A DNA stretch of 64,000 nucleotides from contig CAXXWX010000026.1 of the NCBI GenBank assembly GCA_963675745.2, forward strand, positions 352,001-416,000, given 5' to 3'. This DNA comes from Phycisphaerae bacterium. GTDB lineage: Bacteria; Planctomycetota; Phycisphaerae; UBA1845; Fen-1342. Under the pieces are notes generated by a model. It made no database searches. It saw nothing but the letters and a program-made list of their open reading frames with translations, and had not been told where the DNA came from. This document shows positions 19,101-27,677 of this stretch, in pieces; position 1 is the first letter of the stretch; each line of letters starts with the position of its first letter. Position numbers and translations under genes: made by a program.

Positions 19101-20647
19101 TGAACCAGATGCTGTCCATCGTGTAGTTGCCACCCGCGGGCGCGAGTGAGCCATCACCGCCCAAACCGGGCAGGATGATGCCGTTGTCGGTCAGCGGGAT
19201 ATCCACGACCTGCCATTGCGTGTCGTCCGGGAAGAGCAGCGAGGTACCCTGCGGCTGCCAACCGGGACTGCCGACGCTGGTTACGCCGACCCATTCCCAG
19301 CCGTAATTGTAGTTGCAGCTACCGGTACCACCTTCGTCAACCAGGATCGAGAAGGTGTAGGGCGGCGCTTCGGCAAGCACGAGCACACCGTCCGAGTTTC
19401 CACTGGTTATGCTGGTGACACTATCGCGCTGCGTAGCGTAGTAGGTGTTGCCGGCCTGGGCGCCACCGGCAATGGTGAACACCACATCGTTCGGATCGGT
19501 TACGTTCCGCTGTTCAACCTGCCCGCCGTCGTCATACAGCGTGACCTGGTCTACGGTGGTCATCAGGTCGGTAACGATGACTTCGGTGTCGTCGGCGATA
19601 ATCGGCCAGACCACGCGTGGCGGCAGGACCGGATCGGGGACGGGCGAGATGAACTGGAGATCGTCAATGCTTAGCTCGATGTCATCTGCGACATCGTCCG
19701 GATCGTTGACGAACGCGATGTGTTCGAGCGTGCCGTAGGACTCGGTGATCACGCCGTCGCCGGTCATGCCCACAATGCCGCTGTTGGGCTGTGGCGAACC
19801 ATCCTTCGACACGACGCCGGTGGTCAGATCCCACTCGAGTGTCACCTCGACAGCGTCAAACGGGTGCAGTTCGATCGCCGGGACGGGCGTCCGCTCGCCG
19901 ATGGCATTGATGAAATACCCGTAGCGCAGCTCGTCATCGGGGGTCGGTGTCGTCTCGATCGTGCCGTTGGGGCCGGGGCCGATGACGGCAACGTTCGGAC
20001 TGAGAATGTTGGGGTCGTTGGCAACGTCGTAGCTGACCGGGTAGATCTGAACATCGTCGCCCGTTGCGGTCGTATCGACGATGCCATCGGCACCTGCGAT
20101 GATGGCGTTGGGTACGGTGCTGACGCCGATCCACTCGATCTCGCCGTTCAGGCCGCCGTCCTCGAGCTGTGGCTTGACAACACCTGTCTCGCGGACGCCA
20201 ATGCAAACGCCGAGGTTTCCGTAGAGGACTTCACTCTGGTTGGTGAAGCAGAACTTCACCTTTCCGCCCAGGTGCAGCACGGGGTTGGGGTAGATCGCGC
20301 CGTTGTAGGTCGTGAGTCGGACCCAGGCATCCGGATCGGCCGGGTCAACCCACTGCCACAGGACCTTCAGCGAAGCGTCGCCGTTGCACTGCAAGCCGCT
20401 TGCGCGGAATGCGGAATTGTTGCCGTAGGGGTTATTGGGCTCATTGAGCACGACGAATGTGTGGTTAGGCCGAGTAGGTGGACCCGGAGGTCTGCGGGAT
20501 CCGGAACATCTCCTGTGCATCACCCGGAGAGCCCGGCCCATCGAAGGTCACAACCGCCGATGGATAGTTGGGGTCGGCCCAGGCCGCGGGTGCTGCTAGG
20601 AGCACCACGACAGCGCCGAGCGCCGCGATTCGTAACGTACGTGACAT
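16140..20647 (-). pseudogene. About 1500-aa secreted multidomain surface protein with C-terminal dockerin-like domain, interrupted by frameshifts (real decay or consensus error)
   Basis: Signal peptide MSRTLRIAALGAVVVLLAAPAAWA at 20647; coding pieces in ORFs 20465-20794, 18976-20541, 18768-19157, 18598-18873 and 16140-18674 join at about 20470, 19015, 18890 and 18625; LamG-like GWHVFTVIHKGQRIDIYVDG; tail GDMNCDGFVNNGDIDPFV. Confidence 0.75.
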
Positions 20648-20786
20648 AGACATATTCCTCCGATGGGTTGTTGGGGGGCATCCGCCGCACGCGGCGGCAA
20701 CCGCATGTCCTGTTGGTTGTGCTGTAGGTTTACTAATCGGCCTTTTCGGGCGCAAGCCTGCGTAGCGCAACGCCCGGCGGCCACAG

Positions 20787-20834
20787 AAAAACACGCTCCG
20801 CTCCGTCGTATTTAGGACGAAGCGAAGCGTGTTT
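20787..20834 (-). terminator. Intrinsic terminator of the PEP-CTERM gene
   Basis: Minus strand AAACACGCTTCGCTTCGTC-loop-GACGGAGCGGAGCGTGTTT followed by TTCT. Confidence 0.75.
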
Positions 20835-20954
20835 GTTCAACAACGCAGATGCGGGAAGCTGGTCAACTCCGATAAAACCTTGTCACGGTCGGGCACAAAC
20901 ATGTTCCCGCAAGACCACTCCCCGAAGCTTCGTGTCCGTACCTTCGTCCTTCGC

Positions 20955-21693
20955 CTAGCGACGGCGAATCAGCGCCAAGCCACTGAGCAGCAGCAGCAGT
21001 GTCGTCGGCTCCGGAAGCTGCGCCAGATAGATGTCGTCGAAGTTGCCGCCACCACCGGCCGATGAGAGCCGACGGGCCAATCCGAGACGGAGCCCGCTGC
21101 CGTCAGACCGGACGTATACGTCGCCGGTCAGCGGCAACTGGGTCGTCGTCGAATCGATGACGCTGTCGGGCAGATCCAAGTGAAACGATGCTGCTGCCAC
21201 TGAATGTGGCCTCAACTCATGCCAACCGGTGCGGATGGTTGGGTCGCCGTTGAACGGCATCCAGCTCGGGCCTCTGGCCCGGGAAGCTGCTGACGCGGGC
21301 AGTAGTACTGCACGCCCTGGATCGAGTTGTACACCCATCTCAAAAAGCGGGAACGTCGAACCGACCGCAGACGCCGATCGTGAAACGATGCGCTTGTTGC
21401 CTACAGGCGTCGTCGCAAGATCTCGCCATTCGCAGATGACCGGCTGGCCGCATCCGACGGGATCAAATCGGCGGCGAGGTTGATGATGTTGTCCGCGCCA
21501 CCCGGATGGCCATCGACTTCGTGCCGCTAAACGCATTGTTGGGATCAAGCGTGCCCAGACCGGCCGAGCCCCACACCGTCTGCATTGCGGCGGTGCTGGG
21601 ATACACCTCAAAGTCATCGTCGATGTAAGTTGTCTGTGCGAACGCCGTCGAGGCGAGGGCAGCGATCGCGGCCAACACTAGAACATTTTTCAT
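20955..21693 (-). pseudogene. PEP-CTERM surface protein with multiple internal indels
   Basis: Signal peptide MKNVLVLAAIAALASTAFA with SD AGGAGGA; C-terminal LPEPTTLLLLLSGLALIRRR; sensible peptide text alternates between frames from about 21510 to 21070. Confidence 0.8.
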
Positions 21694-21913
21694 CTGTTTC
21701 TCCTCCTAGGAACAAGTGATGTGTGCCGAGATCAGCTTCTTGCCGCCAGCGCCCGACACGCTCTACCTACCCAATCCACCTTGCGAAATACACTCGAAAC
21801 ACAGTTGTCAGCATCCATCCACTCGTCCTTGCGTATGGTGTCCGTACCAAGCCGTACTTCCCTTCCGACATGTGCGTTACAGCCTGAAAACTTCATCCCC
21901 TATTGCACTTTAA

Positions 21914-21942
21914 AGCATAGCGGTTTGGTGGGGTGGTAGCAA
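21914..21942 (-). promoter_or_regulatory. Sigma70-type promoter for the PEP-CTERM gene
   Basis: Minus strand TTGCTA-N17-TATGCT with AT-rich upstream sequence. Confidence 0.65.
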
Positions 21943-22165
21943 GATAAACCGCAAATCGGATTAAATCTATTTTTCGTCCGATAACACACAGTGACCCCTG
22001 TTTGTTTGCAAAGCACGCCGATTTCGCTGTGCGCCAACCGGCCCAAGCCGTTATGATGGAGCGGCCGCTGGGATCGACCTCTGGCGAGTCATCTCGCGGC
22101 TGGTAATGCCTCCGTTGGCCACGTTTCAGCCCACATCGCCCCACCAGGCACGGGAGAGAAGCAGC

Positions 22166-24499
22166 ATGGCACAGACACACCGAACCAGGCTGGGTTTGCG
22201 ACAGATCATGTTGAGTATTGCTGTCGCCGCCCTGACCGCCGCCGCTACGGCGCAGACCGTCACCGTCGACAACAGCGATCCAGAGTTCTCCATCCTCTAT
22301 GGGATCTGGAATACGGGCACCTACGGCACGCCTTACGGCGACGACTATAACTGGGCGGAGACAACCTACACCGGCGAGGACCCGGCGGCTGTCGAATGGC
22401 GTCCCGATCTGCCCCAGGCCGGTGCGTACAACATCACCATCTGGTACGTACAGGGCACCAATCGCGCTGTTGACGCCACCTTCACCGTTCATCACGTCGG
22501 CGGCTCAACGCCGGTGGTGGTCAATCAACAGATCAACGGCGAGACGTGGGTGAACCTGGGCACTTACGACTTCGCGGCCGGCACCGGTGGATATGTGACG
22601 CTGGACAACGACGCGGGCTACGCCGTGGTGATCGCCGACGCGGTGCGATTCACGCTCGAGGCTGAGACGGTCGAGCTGACCATGGATGTGAGCCCCGCCG
22701 GCTGGGGTACGACCGTGCCTGCCGAAGGTGGGCCGTACACGGAGTACCTCAACGAAGTCGTGCCGATCTCGGCGCAGGCCGGCGGCGGATACGCGTTCCA
22801 CCACTGGACCGTCTCGGCGGGTTCCGCCGTGGCCAATCCGTTGTCACCGGTAACGACGGTAACGATGGATCAGGACAAGACGGTTACGGCCGTTTTCGAA
22901 GAGAAAACGGAGAACGTGGAATTCCGCGGGTTCTGGGCTGATGCGTTTCACGCCGGCTTTAAGAGCACGGCCCAGATCGACGAGATGGTGAGTCGCGCCG
23001 CCGCCGGCAATTACAACGCGATTCTCCCCGAGGTGCTAGCCTATCAGGACGACGCTGGATCGGCGCACGGCGCCTACTGGAATTCGGCGATATTGCCGAA
23101 GGCCGGCGACATCGTCGGCGGGATCGATCCACTCGCATATCTCGTGCAAGAGGCGCACGCGCAGGGCATCGAGGTTCACCCCTGGCTGGTCGCCTTCCGC
23201 GTGTCCACCACCTGGCCGCCATCCGGCAACACCACGCTCAGCGCCCACCCCGAATGGCTGATGGTGGTGCGCGGCGACATCGGCGGTGGACCGGCCACCG
23301 TCAGCGACAAGTACACGCTAGACCCCAGCTCGCCCGACGTGCAGGATTACCTGATCTCCATAGTCCGGGAGCTCGTCACCAACTACGAGATCGACGGCGT
23401 ACACTGGGATTACATTCGCTACACCGATTCATCCGCGGGTTACCCGGCGTACACGTGGTACGACCAGTCGGGGCTCGAGCGCTTTAAACGGATCACAGGG
23501 TACGCGGGAACGCCGGCGATCGACTACGGGCCGTGGGAGGACTTTCGGCGACGCGGCGTCACCGAACTCGTGCGCAGAGCCCAGGCCGAGGTTGCCACGA
23601 ACATGGCTAACCCGCGGCAGCCACTGCGACACACGGCGGCGCTGATCACCTGGGGCGACGCGCCGTGGGATTTCGAGGACACCAGCTCATGGGCACGCTT
23701 CCAGAACTGGCGCGAGTGGATGGAGGAGGGCTTCCTCGACGCCGGCATCCCGATGACCTACTACAACTACAACACCTACCCCACGTGGTATGAGAACTGG
23801 GTGGATCGCGAGTTGTACTGGCGCTATGACCGGCACATCTTCGTTGGGCCGGGCATCTACCTGAACAGCTTCGCCAACAGCAATACCGAGATCACGTACG
23901 CGCAGGCCGCCGGTGCCGACGGAATCTGCACGTATTCCTACAGCGGAACGTATGACGGTGGTACGGACTGGTCGTGGTACCCCTACGCCGCATCGACCGT
24001 GTTCGCTGTGCCGGCGGTCACACCCGAAATGCCCTGGCGCGACCCGGCCACCGCGACAAAAGGGGTCATCTACGGCCGCGTCGTTGATGGGACCAGCGGA
24101 GACCCGCTGGATGACGCGACGCTATACGTCGGCGCTCAGCCGCTCGCCCGGACCGACGGAAACGGGTTCTACATCATCACTGAACTACCCGCGGCCGCCG
24201 GCGGAACACAGGTGGCGGTGACGGCCACGTTCTCGGGGTTCTCTGGCGAGGTGCGTCCGGCGGTGCTGGTGCTGCCGGCTTATTACACCGAGGCGAACTT
24301 CTCGCTGGGCACGTGGCCGGCGGGTGACTATGACGTTGATGGCGACGTGGATCTCGACGACTCAGACCGGTTCCTGCCGTGCCTGACGGGCCCCGACAAC
24401 GGCCCGCCGGGGGCCGGCTGTGACTTGTTTGATTTCGACATCGACAACGATACCGACGTACCCGATTTCGCGGTCCTCCAGGAGTCGTTCGGTAGCTGA
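22166..24499 (+). CDS. Secreted GHL10 (DUF187/YddW-like) glycoside hydrolase with golvesin-like N-terminal module, InlB-B-repeat-like module, carboxypeptidase-regulatory-like domain and dockerin-like tail
   Basis: EFRGFW, DPLAYLVQEAHAQGIEVHPW, HPEWL, NYEIDGVHWDYIRY; VIADAVRF; tail GDYDVDGDVDLDD..FDFDIDNDTDVPDF. Confidence 0.85.
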   Translation: MAQTHRTRLGLRQIMLSIAVAALTAAATAQTVTVDNSDPEFSILYGIWNTGTYGTPYGDDYNWAETTYTGEDPAAVEWRPDLPQAGAYNITIWYVQGTNRAVDATFTVHHVGGSTPVVVNQQINGETWVNLGTYDFAAGTGGYVTLDNDAGYAVVIADAVRFTLEAETVELTMDVSPAGWGTTVPAEGGPYTEYLNEVVPISAQAGGGYAFHHWTVSAGSAVANPLSPVTTVTMDQDKTVTAVFEEKTENVEFRGFWADAFHAGFKSTAQIDEMVSRAAAGNYNAILPEVLAYQDDAGSAHGAYWNSAILPKAGDIVGGIDPLAYLVQEAHAQGIEVHPWLVAFRVSTTWPPSGNTTLSAHPEWLMVVRGDIGGGPATVSDKYTLDPSSPDVQDYLISIVRELVTNYEIDGVHWDYIRYTDSSAGYPAYTWYDQSGLERFKRITGYAGTPAIDYGPWEDFRRRGVTELVRRAQAEVATNMANPRQPLRHTAALITWGDAPWDFEDTSSWARFQNWREWMEEGFLDAGIPMTYYNYNTYPTWYENWVDRELYWRYDRHIFVGPGIYLNSFANSNTEITYAQAAGADGICTYSYSGTYDGGTDWSWYPYAASTVFAVPAVTPEMPWRDPATATKGVIYGRVVDGTSGDPLDDATLYVGAQPLARTDGNGFYIITELPAAAGGTQVAVTATFSGFSGEVRPAVLVLPAYYTEANFSLGTWPAGDYDVDGDVDLDDSDRFLPCLTGPDNGPPGAGCDLFDFDIDNDTDVPDFAVLQESFGS

Positions 24500-24560
24500 T
24501 ACGTTGCCTGACGCGGCCGTATCGACGGGGCGCCGCTGTGACGGGGCGTTGTCGACGTTC

Positions 24561-24644
24561 GGCGGCCGGCGAGGCGCCGGCCGTTACGCGCTACATCGAG
24601 GCGCCGGCCGTTACGCGCTACATCGAGGCGCCGGCCGTCACGCG
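24561..24644. repeat. REP-like GGCGGCCGGCGAGGCGCCGGCCGTTAC with 27-bp tandem duplication
   Basis: CGAGGCGCCGGCCGTTACGCGCTACAT at 24570 and 24597, partial at 24624; same motif at 45431 and 45638, degenerate near 6720. Confidence 0.85.
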
Positions 24645-24694
24645 CCGCGCCGAGGTGTGGCACGAAATACGAGGCGCTACCGGTCCAAGCGGGA

Positions 24695-25807
24695 TTAGCG
24701 CGGGTTCAGCAAGTCGACAAACGCGTCGATGTCTCCGTTGTTCACCCAACCGTCGCCGTTGCAGTCCCCGTCCATGATGTCGCAGTCGGGGTAGTCGACC
24801 GGGTATTGCCCCGGCTGCGTGATCGCGACCACGAATGGGTCGATGTCGCCGTTGTTGACCCAGCCATCGCAGTTCAGATCACCGAGGTTGTGCTCGGGAA
24901 CCTCAGACACACGGAACCCGAGGTTGCCGTGCTCGCTCGCAGGGTCGAGGCTGCCGCGGAACGACGCGGGCAGGAAAATGTCGAGCATGTTGAACGATCC
25001 GCCGCGCAAGCCGCGATACGACCCGATAGTCGCCTCATTCCACTCCCCCACGTTGCCACCCTGGTTGAACGTGCCGTACGGGCTGTCGGACCACTCAAAC
25101 TCGCCCACAACCGTCGTGTAGTACGGCGAGTCGATCGGCCATGGGTCTCCGAAGTAGTTCGCATTGTTGCCCGGATTCGTGCCCTCGTTCATGTCGCGAC
25201 CGGGCACGCTGTCACTGCTCGTCGGGTAGTCCCAATACCCCGCGATGACCCCGCCGCCCTTGTAGTACGCCGCCTTGTACCACTCGTCCTCGCTCGGTAG
25301 AAAGACCTGCGCGCCAGCCTTGCGGACCACGCCCGATCCGAGAGACATGTCGTACGCGCCGTCCTCGGTGGTCGAAGTGTCCTGGGCCCCAGTCAGCTGA
25401 CCGTTGTGCATCCAGTTCGCAAACCGCAGCGCGTCGTACAGACTCACGTAGTTCACCGGACGGACCGCCCGATCCGGCGAGACGCTATAGCTGTAACTTC
25501 CGGATGAGCCGGTTTGCTCGATTTTGCAGCCCAAGCCATGCGACCACATGTCTGTGTTGTACAGACCGTAAATGTCGTCATCGGCTACCGCGTTGAGGAA
25601 TTCCGTGTACTGACCGGCCGTCACCTCGTACTTTCCGATGTTGTACACGTAGTCCACGTTGCCGTAGCCGGGTGTTTCGTACCTCGTGTCGGGCGCGTTG
25701 CCCGGGTCGCCGACAGTGACGGTGTCGATCACGACTTCCGCCTGCGCGGCGTCTGCGGATGCCAGCACCAAACCCACAATCCCCGCCAGCGTGGCTATTC
25801 TACGCAT
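24695..25807 (-). CDS. Secreted SUMF1/FGE-sulfatase (C-type lectin fold) protein with dockerin-like tail
   Basis: Signal peptide; IGKYEVT, PVNYVS, LPSEDEWYKAAY, GGNVGEW, RGGS, LGFRV; tail GDLNCDGWVNNGDIDPFV; SD GAGGAGG. Confidence 0.9.
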   Translation of the reverse strand: MRRIATLAGIVGLVLASADAAQAEVVIDTVTVGDPGNAPDTRYETPGYGNVDYVYNIGKYEVTAGQYTEFLNAVADDDIYGLYNTDMWSHGLGCKIEQTGSSGSYSYSVSPDRAVRPVNYVSLYDALRFANWMHNGQLTGAQDTSTTEDGAYDMSLGSGVVRKAGAQVFLPSEDEWYKAAYYKGGGVIAGYWDYPTSSDSVPGRDMNEGTNPGNNANYFGDPWPIDSPYYTTVVGEFEWSDSPYGTFNQGGNVGEWNEATIGSYRGLRGGSFNMLDIFLPASFRGSLDPASEHGNLGFRVSEVPEHNLGDLNCDGWVNNGDIDPFVVAITQPGQYPVDYPDCDIMDGDCNGDGWVNNGDIDAFVDLLNPR

Positions 25808-25848
25808 GTCCCTTCCTCCTCGATTCGCGACATACACCTTCCCACTAG

Positions 25849-27327
25849 TTACCCGGCGAGCGACGCGACAAAGGGATCGATGTCCGCATTGTTGACCCAG
25901 CCATCGAAGTTGCAGTCGGCGAGGTAGGGGTCACAGTCGGGATACGCCGCGATGTAGGCGGCTGTGTCGGTTACGGCCAGCACAAAGGGATCAATATCCC
26001 CATTGTTGATGAGGCCGTCGCAGTTGAGGTCTCCCGTAGCGGAGGCTGGTAGGGAGAACACGTACGCCGAACCTGAGTCAACGCCATTCTGGTCCTCATG
26101 CCAAGCTCCGCCCCAAATCGTGTCGCCATTGACGGACACGGACCGGCCGAGCTGGTCGCCAGTCTCCGCATCAGAGGCTATGAGCTTAGCCGCCGGGCCC
26201 CAGTTGTCAGGTGCGTGCCAATTGCGGTAGAAGACATACGCTGCACCGGCGTCGATGCCACCAGCATTGTCGTCCCAGCGTGCTCCAGCCACGATAGCAT
26301 CCCCGCTGACCGATACTTGTGCACCGAGCCCAGCGCCCGCCTCCCCATCGTTGGCAGTCCGCTTGGCGACTTCACCCCAGCTATCCGGGCCCGACCAATT
26401 GCGCTCATAAATGTAGATCGCCCCAGCGTTACTGCCCATCTCATCTTCTTGTGGTGCCCCGATGACGATTGTATCCCCACAGATCGAAACAGCATGTTCG
26501 CTGAAGTAGTCGTACGGCTGACCATCACTGGCAATCAACTTCGCGACCTCACCCCAGTTGTCCGCACCGCCCCAGTCACGCTGGTACACAAATGCCGCCC
26601 CAGCGTTAGTACCTCTAGTGTCATCTTCCACCGCCCCCACCACAACAGTGTCGCCGTTTACTGAGACAGCGTTCCCGAAGTAATCCCCCGGGTTGTGGGC
26701 AGGTGTTTCTTTGACCTCGCCCCAGGCATCAGCCCCGCCTTCGTTGCGGTAGAAGATGTACGCCGATCCGTAGTCACTTGCACTGTCGTGCCCATCCGCT
26801 CCGACGACGAGCACGTCGCCGCTGAGCGAAACATCGGCACCAAAGAAATCCCCTGCCTCGCCGTTGCTCGGCATCAGCTTCAACCGTTCCCCCCAGGCGT
26901 CCTGTGTGGGCCAGTTGCGGTAGAAAATATACACGGAACCTGAGTCCCTGCCGTAATCGTCGTTCTGATTTGCTCCAACCACGATGATGTCACCGCTGAT
27001 TGAAACGGATACGCCGAAGTGGTCTTCCGTGAAATAATCCGAGGCGTTTAGCCTAGCAACTTCACCCCAGTTGTCGGTTCCGCCTGAATCGCGATAGAAG
27101 ACATACGCTGCACCTGCGTCGCCTCGGCCAAGGTGGTCGTACCAGTAGGCACCAACCACAGCGATGTCATTGTCCACCGCGACGGAGTGGCCAAAATAGT
27201 CGCCCGCCGCACCATCACTCGCAGTGCGTTTCGTGTCCTCGTACCCAGCCCACGCTGTCGATGTTACTACGAATGCCGTGATGATCCGCAGAAAGATCAC
27301 CGCTGACGCCGCCGGGCAAGTTGCCAC
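25849..27327 (-). CDS. Secreted FG-GAP repeat beta-propeller protein with dockerin-like tail
   Basis: Seven repeats of the type FG.SVSI.GD.IVVGA....G.AYVF; tail GDLNCDGLINNGDIDPFV; GTG at 27327 with SD AAAGGAG (in-frame ATG also at 27420). Confidence 0.88.
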   Translation of the reverse strand: MATCPAASAVIFLRIITAFVVTSTAWAGYEDTKRTASDGAAGDYFGHSVAVDNDIAVVGAYWYDHLGRGDAGAAYVFYRDSGGTDNWGEVARLNASDYFTEDHFGVSVSISGDIIVVGANQNDDYGRDSGSVYIFYRNWPTQDAWGERLKLMPSNGEAGDFFGADVSLSGDVLVVGADGHDSASDYGSAYIFYRNEGGADAWGEVKETPAHNPGDYFGNAVSVNGDTVVVGAVEDDTRGTNAGAAFVYQRDWGGADNWGEVAKLIASDGQPYDYFSEHAVSICGDTIVIGAPQEDEMGSNAGAIYIYERNWSGPDSWGEVAKRTANDGEAGAGLGAQVSVSGDAIVAGARWDDNAGGIDAGAAYVFYRNWHAPDNWGPAAKLIASDAETGDQLGRSVSVNGDTIWGGAWHEDQNGVDSGSAYVFSLPASATGDLNCDGLINNGDIDPFVLAVTDTAAYIAAYPDCDPYLADCNFDGWVNNADIDPFVASLAG

Positions 27328-27677
27328 GTCCGCGTCTCCTTTCAAACGGTCAATTGATGACCTGTGAGCCTGTATCGCCTCATTTGCAGACGACCGCGCC
27401 AACGTAGGAATCCTGCGCATGCCCCAATCCTCCTCGATTCGCGACGTGCGCCCCCACTTGGCGTGGCCATCCGCCTCGGTGCCCGTGGGGGCGGAGAACG
27501 TGTCTTTCATGCTATCCAGAAGGACCGCGCGCCACAAGCGCCGCGTCAAGGCACGGCGGCGCTTGCCCGGCGCGGCGCGGCGCGCACAATGCACGTTCTC
27601 ACTGCTGCAGCACGGCGGGCGGCCCGATACACGCCGCTCATCGGTGCTCGACAGCCATCGAACGCGGAGGTTTACCC

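Noticed and set aside
18600..21520. Programmed ribosomal frameshifting or phase variation as the cause of the frame breaks
   Set aside because: Too many breaks, and no homopolymer or slippery tracts at the junctions.
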